Assembly: GCA_900769815.1 (NCBI GenBank)
Contig: CAAGID010000011.1
Coordinates: 14,772 to 78,771, forward strand
Direction: 5' to 3'
Source: Clostridia bacterium
GTDB lineage: Bacteria > Bacillota > Clostridia > Christensenellales > QALW01
DNA length: 64,000 nucleotides
This document shows, piece after piece, positions 18,602 through 27,783 of this stretch. Below the pieces are notes generated by a model, which worked only from the letters and a program-made list of their open reading frames with translations, was not told the origin of the DNA and ran no database searches. The position numbers and the translations under genes are program-made. The stretch's first letter is position 1, and every line of letters starts with the position of its first letter.

Positions 18602-19105
18602 TTAAATTTGTGATAATATCATTATGAGATTTCTACCTTCAAGGAGAGGCTTCTTCTCAATTTTGGCATCATCTTTCAACATCTCAGCAAAAAGCTGCAT
18701 AATCTGATGACCAATCTCGGGGTGAGTTATCTGACGGGCACGGAAACGAATTGAAACTTTTACCTTGTCGCCTGCAGTTAAAAACTCTTTTGCTTTTTTT
18801 GCTTTTACTTCCATATCGTGTTTTTCAATAGTAGCTGAAAGCTGGATTTCATGAAGTGCAATAACCTTCTGATTCTTGCGTGCTTCCTTCTCCCTCTTCT
18901 GTGCCTCAAAACGATATTTGCCGTAATCCATTATTTTGCATACCGGTGGAACTGCTTTAGGTGATATAAGACAAAGATCCATATCCTCCTCAACAGCCAT
19001 ACGCATTGCCTGTTCAAGAGGCATAATGCCGTGCTGTGTACCGTCCGAACCGATAAGTCTGACTTCTTTTTCCCTGATTTCATCATTGATAGCTAATTCT
19101 GTAAT
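18602..19105 (-). CDS. infC: translation initiation factor IF-3, ATT start
   Basis: The IF-3 sequence begins (M)TELAINDEIREKEVRLIGSDG. GGAGGTG sits 6 nt before the ATT at 19103-19105. The tracked start at 19156 would add an unrelated hydrophobic N-terminus and would cover the attenuator hairpin. Confidence 0.85.
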   Translation of the reverse strand: MTELAINDEIREKEVRLIGSDGTQHGIMPLEQAMRMAVEEDMDLCLISPKAVPPVCKIMDYGKYRFEAQKREKEARKNQKVIALHEIQLSATIEKHDMEVKAKKAKEFLTAGDKVKVSIRFRARQITHPEIGHQIMQLFAEMLKDDAKIEKKPLLEGRNLIMILSQI

Positions 19106-19243
19106 GTTGAACACCTCCAAATAAAATAAAAGCGGGCAGCATAAAACTACCCGCATAAAATAAGCTTATATTAGCCAATCGTTAACCGTGTGCAGCGCAA
19201 TTACTGACAGGTGAGAAGCGGGCAGCTCCTACTTTGCTTGGTT
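19106..19243 (-). ncRNA. L20-leader-like 5' UTR with intrinsic attenuator upstream of infC
   Basis: Minus strand reads GCGGGTAG-TTTTAT-GCTGCCCGC followed by TTTTATTTTATTT, just upstream of the infC SD. The position and context match the Firmicutes infC-rpmI-rplT leader. Confidence 0.5.
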
Positions 19244-19272
19244 ATGATACTACCTTTTTTTCCTTTTGTCAA
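19244..19272 (-). promoter_or_regulatory. candidate promoter of infC-rpmI-rplT
   Basis: On the minus strand, TTGACA (19267-19272), 17 nt, TATCAT (19244-19249). Confidence 0.55.
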
Positions 19273-19296
19273 CTGTTTTTTTCTTTTTTTGCAAAT

Positions 19297-21201
19297 TTAT
19301 TGCATATTATATTTTTCAGCCTGAGCGGAGAACATTTTTTCATACTCGCCCTTTTGCTTCATAAGCTCTTTGTGATTGCCTTCTTCAAGGATTTTTCCTT
19401 CTTTAACAACCACTATCCTGTCGGCATCAACGGCACTTGAAAGCCTATGTGAAACGAATAACGTTGTTTTCCCTTTACGAAGCTTATCAAACTGCCTGAA
19501 AATCTCCTGTTCAGCAAGGGCATCAAGAGATGCGGTAGGCTCATCAAGAATAAGTATATCTGCATCAGAATAAAAGGCTCTTGCAACGGCAAGTTTCTGC
19601 CACTGTCCTACTGAAAGTTCAATACCTTCTTCCTCAAAAATACGCATAAGGGGTGTACTGAATTCTTCGGGAAGTTTATCTATATATTCAATAGCGTTAC
19701 TCTGAACGGCAGCATTTACTATATCTTCTTCATTTTCTTCTTTATGAAGATTACCGAACTTAATATTTTCTTTTACGCTTACCGCATACCTGCCAAAATC
19801 CTGAAAAACTATGCCGAACAAGCTATAAAGACTTTCAACGTCATAATTTTTAATATCTTTTCCATCAAGAAGTATTACACCATCGGTTGGGTCATAAAGA
19901 CGGGTAAGCAACTTTATTATAGTTGTTTTACCTGCACCGTTCAGTCCTACAAGGGCAACGGTCTCCCCTGCTTTTAACGTAAAATCAAAATTTTCAAGAA
20001 CCAATTTATCTGTTCCCGGATATTTAAAACTTACGTTACAAAATTCAATCGTATGGCTTGTTCCTTTTTCAGGTATAATTGCATCAGGTACGGAAACAAT
20101 TTTACTTTTGTGATTCATAAACGAAATCAGATTATCAATAAAAAGCGTTCCTTCATAGACAGTTGCAGTACCCGATATGAAGGTTGTTACTCCCACGCCT
20201 ATAGAACTTATTGCACCTGTATAGAAGGAGTAATCACCTATTAAAATAGACTCATCCATAACAAGCATTGCTACAAAATAGAGCAGCGCACAGTTTGCAA
20301 TAATCCTTAATAAACCAAAGGAGAAGTTCCAGATACCTTCTTCAAAAATAAGTTTTTTGAGACCCTTAAAGTAACCTTTAAAAGCTTCGTCATAGCGTTC
20401 CTCAAAATCATCAGCAATACCCAAAAGTCGCATTTCTTTGACCATATCTTTATTTACAACAGCCGAAGAATAATAATTCATCTGCCTTCTTGCTTTTGAC
20501 CTTCTGAACATATATCTTACCGTCTTTTTACGATAGATATAATTTACAACTGCATACGGTAAAGCAAGAATACCTACTATCAGAGGTGCAACGATACTTA
20601 TTTTAACCAACACAACAATATACATCGAAATACTAATTACCGTACTTATGATATTAAGCGTTGAATTAAGTATCTGTACGGGACGCATACCTGCTTCACG
20701 ATTGGCATTTTCAAGCTTTTCGTAAAAATCAGGTAAGTCGAAACAAGCAACGTCCACACTTTTGGCTTTACTCATTATTTTACGCCTGATATGATTTGTA
20801 ACAAGCTCGCCTGAAAGCCTCATAACGATCTGATTTGCATCAGTCGTAATTCTGTTCAAAAACTGATGGATGAACTGGAATACAAAAAGAACGCCTATTG
20901 CAACAGTCATCTGAGTTGCCTTATCTGTTGCAAGTGCATTTATTATCTGTGCAGTAATATACGTACCTACAACCGGTAAAATACCATTTATAAGTGCAAC
21001 CAGTATCATTATAATAAGTATCCAAGGATTAGCTTCCCATACAAGTTTAAAAATATAAAAGAGTCTTGAGAAAAAAGAACATATTACATTTTTCAAATAC
21101 CGCGGAACTTCTTTTATATTTTGGGGTTTCGGTTCCCTGTTTTTATCTTCAGCGTGATTGGGGGGCGGTCCCATATGGACGCCGGGGCCGTTTCCTGCCA
21201 T
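19297..21201 (-). CDS. ABC exporter, fused permease/ATPase half-transporter
   Basis: Six-TM ABC_membrane region followed by an NBD (GLNGAGKTT, LSVGQWQK, ILILDEPTASLD). Gly/Pro-rich N-terminal tail. Confidence 0.88.
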   Translation of the reverse strand: MAGNGPGVHMGPPPNHAEDKNREPKPQNIKEVPRYLKNVICSFFSRLFYIFKLVWEANPWILIIMILVALINGILPVVGTYITAQIINALATDKATQMTVAIGVLFVFQFIHQFLNRITTDANQIVMRLSGELVTNHIRRKIMSKAKSVDVACFDLPDFYEKLENANREAGMRPVQILNSTLNIISTVISISMYIVVLVKISIVAPLIVGILALPYAVVNYIYRKKTVRYMFRRSKARRQMNYYSSAVVNKDMVKEMRLLGIADDFEERYDEAFKGYFKGLKKLIFEEGIWNFSFGLLRIIANCALLYFVAMLVMDESILIGDYSFYTGAISSIGVGVTTFISGTATVYEGTLFIDNLISFMNHKSKIVSVPDAIIPEKGTSHTIEFCNVSFKYPGTDKLVLENFDFTLKAGETVALVGLNGAGKTTIIKLLTRLYDPTDGVILLDGKDIKNYDVESLYSLFGIVFQDFGRYAVSVKENIKFGNLHKEENEEDIVNAAVQSNAIEYIDKLPEEFSTPLMRIFEEEGIELSVGQWQKLAVARAFYSDADILILDEPTASLDALAEQEIFRQFDKLRKGKTTLFVSHRLSSAVDADRIVVVKEGKILEEGNHKELMKQKGEYEKMFSAQAEKYNMQ

Positions 21202-21216
21202 AAGATTTTTCTCCTA

Positions 21217-21762
21217 TCAATTATATTTTGCTCTTTCGCCGCCAATATATTTAGGTCTTGTTTTTGCACACAAAAGAAGTGCATCGCCAATTTTGTTCAT
21301 TGATAATCTTACCGGTACTGCAACAGCCTTTAAGTGCATACCGATAAGCGTACCACCGATATCAAGACCTGCTTTTGCCTTGATATTTTCGACAGCAACA
21401 GGCTCATTGAAATTCTTATAAGCACAAGTTGCAAAAGAGCCTCCCGCTTTAGGCTGAGGAACTACGGAAACAATCTCATATCCGAATTTTTCAGCAACTT
21501 CTCTTTCAATTATAAGTGCTCTGTTAAGATGTTCACAGCACTGTGCGGCAAGATATATCCCTTTCTCTTTAAGATAAGGATAAATACCGTTAAAAACGTA
21601 TTCTGCCGTTTCAAAGCTTGAGTTTTTACCTATTTTACCGCCTACGATTTCGCTTGAGGAACAACCGATAACCATTAAATCACCCTTTTTAAGTTCAGCA
21701 ACTTCAACGAACTCTTTTATCATTTGTTCTGCCTGTTTCTTTAAATTTTCCATATAATCCAC
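21217..21762 (-). CDS. UPF0340/YwlG-type conserved protein (TIGR01440-like)
   Basis: VIGCSSSEIVGGKIGKNSS...AAQCCEHLNRALIIERE...GGTLIGMHLK resembles the YwlG family as I recall it. Confidence 0.7.
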   Translation of the reverse strand: MDYMENLKKQAEQMIKEFVEVAELKKGDLMVIGCSSSEIVGGKIGKNSSFETAEYVFNGIYPYLKEKGIYLAAQCCEHLNRALIIEREVAEKFGYEIVSVVPQPKAGGSFATCAYKNFNEPVAVENIKAKAGLDIGGTLIGMHLKAVAVPVRLSMNKIGDALLLCAKTRPKYIGGERAKYN

Positions 21763-22362
21763 CTATTTTAAATTTTCAAGAAAGTCCTTGAATTTTTGCA
21801 CATTACCATCAAATAAATATCCCATAATACCAACGCTTTCGGCACCACTTATATTATCGGCTCTGTCATCTACAAACAATGTCTCCGACGCTTTAAAATC
21901 ATATTTTTTCAAAACGTACTCAAAAATATCTTGATTGGGTTTTGTCATTCCGCACGCTGAAGAAAACACTATCTTATTAAAACGCATTATCATTGGATTT
22001 TCCCGATAATGTTTAACAAACAAAGTTGCAATATTTGAAAGAATACAAAGGTTAATTCCTTCTTTTTTTAAATTTTCAACAACTTCTGCCATACCTTCTA
22101 TTTCAGGAATATTATAAATCCAGTTATAGTACACCTTTTCAGCACTGTGCCATAATCTTTCAGGTAGGCGTTTTTTACATTCTTCAATAACTTCTTCATC
22201 GGTAATAGTTCCTGCATCAAGTTTATCCCAATAGGTTCTGTCAAAGACAACTTCCGCAACTAATTTTATATCATTTTCATCACTGATATAAGCTTTTGTC
22301 ATATCGTAAGGAATGAACTTAACAAGCACCTGTCCGAAATCAAAAATAATATTCTTTATCAT
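21763..22362 (-). CDS. HAD-superfamily hydrolase
   Basis: Motif I IIFDFGQVL, a cap region, and motif IV FVDDRADNI. Confidence 0.8.
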   Translation of the reverse strand: MIKNIIFDFGQVLVKFIPYDMTKAYISDENDIKLVAEVVFDRTYWDKLDAGTITDEEVIEECKKRLPERLWHSAEKVYYNWIYNIPEIEGMAEVVENLKKEGINLCILSNIATLFVKHYRENPMIMRFNKIVFSSACGMTKPNQDIFEYVLKKYDFKASETLFVDDRADNISGAESVGIMGYLFDGNVQKFKDFLENLK

Positions 22363-23396
22363 AAGTCAAGTTTCATATGGCCGTATTTAATCCAGCCTAA
22401 TTTACGCATACACTCGGAAATAGCAAGTGATAATAGCAACGGAAGAACAAAACACATAAGTATTATTTTAACAAATGCAAACCATTCAAAACCGTTATCC
22501 ATCATAGCTGTCCACACACCTGCAGGGCCTACAAGACCGCAAGTACCCATACCTGCAAATACGCCCGGACTATTTTTAACAATAAGTAATGTTGTTGCAA
22601 TAGGACCTAAAATTGCGGATGCAATCGTTGGGGGCAACAATATAAGAGGATGCTTTATTATGTTAGGCACTTGAAGCATTGAAGTTCCCAAACCCTGAGC
22701 AAGAAAGCCCGAAAAACCATTTTCACGCCAGGAAGATACTGCAAAGCCAACCATTTGACAGCAGCAGCCTACTGTAGCAGCTCCTGCAGCAAGTACAATA
22801 CCCGAACCACCGTTATTAAAAGCATCGGCAGTAAATACAACAACTGATATTGCAGCACTTGAAATAGGTGCAGTCAAAGCAAGCCCCATAATAACGGACA
22901 CGATAATCCCCATAAGCACAGGCTGAAGAGTTGTTGCGTTACCTATCTGAACGCCTAGCCAATCACAGAACTTATCAATATAAGGTCCTGTAAAAATGCC
23001 TACCGCACCGCCTGAAAGGATACTTACGCTTGGCACAAGGAGAATGTCAAAACGCGTTTTGCCTGCAATGAGATTTGCAAGCTCACTGCCTATAAGTGCA
23101 GCAATATATGCGCCCAAAGGTCCTCCACCTTCATTATAAGCAATGGCACCACAAACTGCCGCAGAAAGTATAACGAGAGGCTTTACCTTTAAGCCGTTAG
23201 CAACAGCGACACCGATAGCTGCACCCACAACCATACCGTTTTTAGCATAGGTGCCTAACGTTACTAAAAATTGCCAGTCTGTCCATACACCTATCTGCCC
23301 TATGATTGTTCCAATAAGCAACGTAGCAAATACGCCCATTGCCATAGCACTGAAAGCATCAAGGAACCATCTTTGCAATAAACTTTTTTTTGCCAT
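22359..23396 (-). CDS. PTS EIIC-like / PfoR-type polytopic membrane protein
   Basis: Gly/Ala-rich ~10-TM protein. The N-terminus MAKKSLLQRWFLDAFSAMAMGVF resembles the PfoR (COG3641-type) family as I recall it. Confidence 0.6.
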   Translation of the reverse strand: MAKKSLLQRWFLDAFSAMAMGVFATLLIGTIIGQIGVWTDWQFLVTLGTYAKNGMVVGAAIGVAVANGLKVKPLVILSAAVCGAIAYNEGGGPLGAYIAALIGSELANLIAGKTRFDILLVPSVSILSGGAVGIFTGPYIDKFCDWLGVQIGNATTLQPVLMGIIVSVIMGLALTAPISSAAISVVVFTADAFNNGGSGIVLAAGAATVGCCCQMVGFAVSSWRENGFSGFLAQGLGTSMLQVPNIIKHPLILLPPTIASAILGPIATTLLIVKNSPGVFAGMGTCGLVGPAGVWTAMMDNGFEWFAFVKIILMCFVLPLLLSLAISECMRKLGWIKYGHMKLDL

Positions 23397-23412
23397 TTTA
23401 ATTCCTCACTGT

Positions 23413-25506
23413 TTATTCATATTTTAATTGGCTGAAAATATAGTTAACGCAGGCAAATTTCATATCGCCTTCGTCAGCACTTACAAGAACCGCAACGTTT
23501 TTGCCACCTTCGATAACAAGACCTGCATACCAACCTACAATACCCGTTTCGGTAGTGCCTGTCTGCGCAGTACCTGTTTTGGCAGCAATACGCATAGTAT
23601 CAGTATGTCCTTTGACACCGCTTTTACCTGTACCCTGAGTAGCCGTTTTTTCAAGTATTGAGCGTACCTGCGATATTACACCCTTGCCGAAAGGTTCTTT
23701 AAAAACTGTAGGCTCGATTATTTTTACCGATTCAAGTTCACCAAACTCATTTGTCTGACAAATTTCCGAAACAATATACGGTTGCATTATGGTACCGTTA
23801 TTTCCAAACATTGAAAAAGTACAGCAAAGCTGAAGAGGTGTAAAGAGCACCTGTGCCTGTCCAAAGCCGGTATCAGCAAGAAGTTTTTGGTTATCAAGTA
23901 TTGAAAAATCAGTAGCCATCTGTGATTTTCTTACTGAAAGATCAAAGGGTAACGTTTCTCCAATACCTAACTTTTGAGCATATGATATCATTTTTTCTTT
24001 GCCCACTTTCATAGAAAGCCAGCCAAAATAAATGTTATCAGACCAAATTAGCCCTCTGTTCATATCAAGTCTGCCTTTATTTAACGCATTGGGGAAAGAT
24101 TCTCTTACAATATAATGGGACCAATTGCTTCCCTTAGGACGCCACCTGTCTTTTTCATAAGAATAATACTGAATTTCATTTTCATAAGGGAAAACAGTAT
24201 TTGTGGTTACAGTTCCTGTATCAAGACCAATGGCTGCCATAATTGATTTAAAAATTGAGCCTGGAGGATACGTTCCCTGAATATTTCTGTTAAGAAGGGG
24301 TGTATATTTATCATCAAATAAATTACCATAATTGGTTGCTTTATCGTAGGCATACACGTTGGCATCATATGAAGGATAACTTACCATTGAAACAACTGCA
24401 CCTGTAGTAGGCTCAACAATAGTTGCAGTACCCGAAGTAAGATTTTTAAAGTTTTCATTCATATAGTCGGTAATACTTTTCTGCAAATGAATATCTACGG
24501 TAAGCTTAAGGTCAAAGCCGTCACGGGCAGGTTCTTCATAAAGAACAGTCTTTCTCTTACTGTCATCAGACAAAAGATAAATCTGCACGCCTTGTTTGGG
24601 CTGGAGATATTCATCATATGCAGCCTCAAGACCGCTTCTTCCTACACGCGTACCTTCAGGAAAATTTTTATAAAATTCATTTTCTCTGTCTTCAGGCGTT
24701 ATAGGTGTTGAATAGCCTAAGGTTTGTGCAAGGGCATCTCCATAAGGATAATATCTTATGGGCGTAATAGAATCTCTGTTAATTTTTACGTTTTCAATTT
24801 CATTAAGTTTATTTTCTTGTTCAAGAGATAACTGCCCCTTAAACATTGTTGCAAAAATGCCTGTCTGTCCAGTTGATTTTTTGAAGTTTTCAGATACAGA
24901 GTTGCTTTCAATATTAAGAATTTCTGCAATTTTATCAGAAACGTCAGATAAATTGTTTTCAAACTTTTCTTTTTCTCCGCATACTGTTATGGCATAATCA
25001 TTCTGTACCACAACGCGGCCTTCGCTATCAAAAATCTCTCCTCTTTTACCATTTAAGGTGGAGGCATAAATTCTGTCGTAACGCATCATATCAGGCACAA
25101 CATTGGCAGGTGACCAGGCAACGAGATAAAATTTTGTTTTTTTATACACTTCAAAGTGCATATCGTATATAAACTCACCATACTCAGAAGACTTAAAGGT
25201 TGCAGTATAGTTATATGACTTTGAATCTCCGTTATCAACAGTTTCGCCCATTGTAACGGAAACGGTTTGTATTTTTAAAATATCATAGACCTTTTTGTGG
25301 TATTCTACAAAATCCTCATAATCATAAATACTTTGTGAACCAGGAGTAAGAAGGTCATACATTGTCTTATAGTCAAACTTCTGAAAAGCATTAAGATAAG
25401 CAGTTGCTACGCCGTCGTAAGAATGACCTGCACAAGACGTGCCTATGCCAAGAAAAACAGCAACGCTAAATATTAAAATAATCAACTTCAAAAAAATTCT
25501 TTTCAT
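23413..25506 (-). CDS. class B penicillin-binding protein (transpeptidase) with NTF2-like N-terminal domain
   Basis: SxxK (GSIFKS), SxN (WSDN) and KTG (KTGTAQ) motifs. The N-terminal lipoprotein-like signal ends in TSC. Confidence 0.88.
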   Translation of the reverse strand: MKRIFLKLIILIFSVAVFLGIGTSCAGHSYDGVATAYLNAFQKFDYKTMYDLLTPGSQSIYDYEDFVEYHKKVYDILKIQTVSVTMGETVDNGDSKSYNYTATFKSSEYGEFIYDMHFEVYKKTKFYLVAWSPANVVPDMMRYDRIYASTLNGKRGEIFDSEGRVVVQNDYAITVCGEKEKFENNLSDVSDKIAEILNIESNSVSENFKKSTGQTGIFATMFKGQLSLEQENKLNEIENVKINRDSITPIRYYPYGDALAQTLGYSTPITPEDRENEFYKNFPEGTRVGRSGLEAAYDEYLQPKQGVQIYLLSDDSKRKTVLYEEPARDGFDLKLTVDIHLQKSITDYMNENFKNLTSGTATIVEPTTGAVVSMVSYPSYDANVYAYDKATNYGNLFDDKYTPLLNRNIQGTYPPGSIFKSIMAAIGLDTGTVTTNTVFPYENEIQYYSYEKDRWRPKGSNWSHYIVRESFPNALNKGRLDMNRGLIWSDNIYFGWLSMKVGKEKMISYAQKLGIGETLPFDLSVRKSQMATDFSILDNQKLLADTGFGQAQVLFTPLQLCCTFSMFGNNGTIMQPYIVSEICQTNEFGELESVKIIEPTVFKEPFGKGVISQVRSILEKTATQGTGKSGVKGHTDTMRIAAKTGTAQTGTTETGIVGWYAGLVIEGGKNVAVLVSADEGDMKFACVNYIFSQLKYE

Positions 25507-25508
25507 CT

Positions 25509-26141
25509 TTACTCCTGATTTGCGAGAATATTCTTTATTTCCTCTACCGTATAATTATTTCCTTTTATATCGGTATACGTATTGTCTGAATTTCTTTTAA
25601 TCGCACCACACCGACCGTTCAAAACGATGCCGTTTGAAAGAAAAATCAAATAGGTTTCGCCTTTTTCATATTGTGCGGAATTTTTATAAACAAAGTTATA
25701 TTTTTTCTTTCTTCCACCAAGATTCAAAAGTGCGTTACCGCCTAACTCTGTAACAGTAATTGTGTTATCGGCATTACCTTTTAAAACGTCTTCAACTTCT
25801 AAAGCAACTGTTTTGGCAATTATGGATTCGCCATTATTGTTGATGCGGGACTGTGCATTTTTTTCTTTATCTTTAACTGTAGCAATAATTACGGTATCAG
25901 AATAAGTCATTTCAGTAATTGCTACCTGAGTGTATCTTGTTTCAACGTTCATTTTTTCGCCCGGTATAGGCAGAAGCATTGATAATTGTGGGTACAGAAG
26001 ATAACCTACAAGAAATATCATTACGAAAACAAGAATAGAAAAAATGGAGCCAGGTCTGTTATCTACGCGACGAACATTACTTTCTTCAGTATTTTTCATA
26101 TCCTCTTTTGTTAAAATTTCTTCGTCAATATTTTTCTTCAA
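25509..26141 (-). CDS. hypothetical single-pass membrane protein, co-transcribed with the PBP
   Basis: 210-aa ORF with one TM (IFSILVFVMIFLVGYLLY). It sits 2 nt upstream of the PBP gene. I recognise no motif. Confidence 0.5.
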   Translation of the reverse strand: MKKNIDEEILTKEDMKNTEESNVRRVDNRPGSIFSILVFVMIFLVGYLLYPQLSMLLPIPGEKMNVETRYTQVAITEMTYSDTVIIATVKDKEKNAQSRINNNGESIIAKTVALEVEDVLKGNADNTITVTELGGNALLNLGGRKKKYNFVYKNSAQYEKGETYLIFLSNGIVLNGRCGAIKRNSDNTYTDIKGNNYTVEEIKNILANQE

Positions 26142-26206
26142 AAAAACACTTCCCCAATGTTAAAATCATTACGTTAATTATATCACTATACTCCCACATA
26201 TGTCAA

Positions 26207-26233
26207 AGAAAAAAAGGCTGAAAATTCAGCCCT
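26207..26233 (-). terminator. terminator after ECF S-component gene
   Basis: Minus strand reads GGCTG-AATTTT-CAGCC followed by TTTTTTTCTT. Confidence 0.7.
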
Positions 26234-26782
26234 TTAAATTTTTGCCTGTTTTTTAAATTGTGATAAAACTTTTTTTAAGGGGACTATCATCATTCCGCCT
26301 GCAAGATTTCCTATTGCATGAAGAATATCAAAGGAAAATCCCGCTATAATCCAGGATACCATTCCTTTAAAATCAAGCCCCATTATAAGTGCATGTGCAG
26401 GTGCATACAGAGTTCCGAAAAAAATTCCGTGAAGGGCACAAACAACGGGATAAACTATCCATTGAAGCCACAACGGCATATTTTTTGGCAGGAGCATAAC
26501 GGTCCCCCAAAGAATCGTCCAGATATAAAGATACGGCAAAGACCACAAGCCAAAGCCATTGGTCACAAGCGTTAAAAAAACGTAAATATAAATAGGAATT
26601 AACGCTTTTTTTCTAAAAACAAGAGTATAAATAACTGTAAGCACGCCAACAAGATGTATATTGGGCAACGCCTCCATTAAAATATCGCCCATATACATAA
26701 GAGTACCTAACAATGCAAATACAGTTATTTCCTTAACGGAAAATTTAACCCTTGGTGTAAATAAGTTCATACTGATCGCCAT
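26234..26782 (-). CDS. ECF-transporter S-component-like membrane protein (possible cobalamin-specific CbrT type)
   Basis: ~180 aa with six hydrophobic helices. It lies downstream of a DUF4430 gene and a B12-riboswitch-like leader. The start is uncertain (26782 or 26770) and overlaps the upstream gene. Confidence 0.6.
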   Translation of the reverse strand: MAISMNLFTPRVKFSVKEITVFALLGTLMYMGDILMEALPNIHLVGVLTVIYTLVFRKKALIPIYIYVFLTLVTNGFGLWSLPYLYIWTILWGTVMLLPKNMPLWLQWIVYPVVCALHGIFFGTLYAPAHALIMGLDFKGMVSWIIAGFSFDILHAIGNLAGGMMIVPLKKVLSQFKKQAKI

Positions 26783-27161
26783 CTATAAAATCAGTTGTAT
26801 CAACACCCGACATCATATACTCGCCGTTTTTATTAAAAGACCAATATGCTTTATCAGTGTCGTAATCTGCTTTGATCCCGTTAACAGATTTTATATACAT
26901 ACCGTATTGCTGAATTTCGCCCTCAATAAGAGAATGTTCTGCAAGTGCTTCGCCTACAGTTTTCTTATCTGTTTTAATGGTAAACGTTACTTTTTTATCT
27001 TCCGCTTGAACAAGAATAATAAGCGTTCTCGCACCGTTACCAAAAACGGTATCTTCGGTATATTTGGCATTATCCCAAAGAGATTCCTGTTTTTTCTGGC
27101 AAGCTGTAAACAACAGTAACATAACAAGTAACAGAGTAACAATTTTTTTGAGATCTTTCAT
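26745..27161 (-). CDS. DUF4430-like lipoprotein (transcobalamin beta-domain-like)
   Basis: Start reset to MKDLKKIVTLLLVMLLLFTAC (lipobox), preceded by GGAGG. C-terminal pattern YWSFNKNGEYMMSGVDTTDFIDGDQYELIY. Confidence 0.7.
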   Translation of the reverse strand: MKDLKKIVTLLLVMLLLFTACQKKQESLWDNAKYTEDTVFGNGARTLIILVQAEDKKVTFTIKTDKKTVGEALAEHSLIEGEIQQYGMYIKSVNGIKADYDTDKAYWSFNKNGEYMMSGVDTTDFIDGDQYELIYTKG

Positions 27162-27199
27162 AATTTTTCCTCCAATTCCTTTTTCACGAAAAGAAGAAA

Positions 27200-27400
27200 G
27201 CAAAAAAGCACGCCTTCTATAGAAAGACGTGCCGATAAAAAGTACCCTGCAATACCCTCGCAACGTCCTTCAATTGCCCAAGGATGTTATTTGCAAAAAT
27301 CACAAGCCGATAAGCATTCCGACTTTTACGGTAATGGCTGTTGTCACGGAATTACACCGCAGTTCCCTTAACATCTTGCAGAAAAAATCTGTTCAATAGC
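27200..27400 (-). ncRNA. cobalamin-riboswitch-like leader with terminator expression platform
   Basis: Minus strand contains TTAAGGGAA..GGTGTAATTCCG..CAACAGCC..ACCGTAA..AGTCGGAATGC, resembling the conserved core and B12 box. It is followed by hairpin GCACGTCTTTCTATAGAAGGCGTGC and then TTTTTTG. Confidence 0.6.
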
Positions 27401-27492
27401 ATAAAAAATGCTGACTCGCGTTTATTCTTTTTGTGTAAATAAATTTTATTACAAAGAAAAAATTATGTCAACGAATTTTTTTACAAAACTGC

Positions 27493-27521
27493 TTTACAAA
27501 ATGTTGATTTATATATATAAT
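27493..27521 (+). promoter_or_regulatory. candidate promoter of the ileS leader
   Basis: TTTACA, 17 nt, TATAAT. Confidence 0.5.
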
Positions 27522-27527
27522 AAGTGT

Positions 27528-27783
27528 GTTAATCAAATATGATAACCCGTTTACGAGGACACGTTTTTAAGTTTCAGGTTTTTTAGATAGTGTATGGTTG
27601 GTGGAAATACATAAGCCTTTCTTGAAAATATCACCTATCAGGGGCAAAGGCGAAAAAACAAAGTAGCTTTTGATGTGAATCGCACATTACGCGGTAACGT
27701 ATGTTCGTACGGTATTTGGTGGTTTTTTGCTTTGTGCTTTTTCCAAATGCACAGAGCTTTAATTTTTATTTGGAGGTTTTCTA
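27528..27783 (+). ncRNA. T-box-like leader (Ile specifier ATC) with terminator
   Basis: AGATAG..TTGGTGGAAA resembles the stem I AG bulge and distal loop. GAAAATATCA is a candidate specifier (ATC followed by a purine). TTTGGTGGT is a degenerate T-box (UGGU can pair with ACCA). The terminator is GCTTTGTGC-loop-GCACAGAGC followed by TTTAATTTTTATTT. Confidence 0.5.

Noticed and set aside
19297-21201. The ABC exporter with a Gly/Pro-rich N-terminal tail, considered as a possible bacteriocin or peptide exporter.
   Set aside because: It has no C39 peptidase domain. There are no adjacent precursor, immunity or modification genes. The tail is a low-complexity feature common in this exporter family.
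23413-25506. The class B PBP with an NTF2-like N-terminal domain, considered as a possible acquired mecA/PBP2a-type resistance determinant.
   Set aside because: That N-terminal domain is common in ordinary Clostridia class B PBPs. There are no flanking mobile or regulatory (mecR/mecI, blaR) genes, and the gene is embedded among housekeeping genes.
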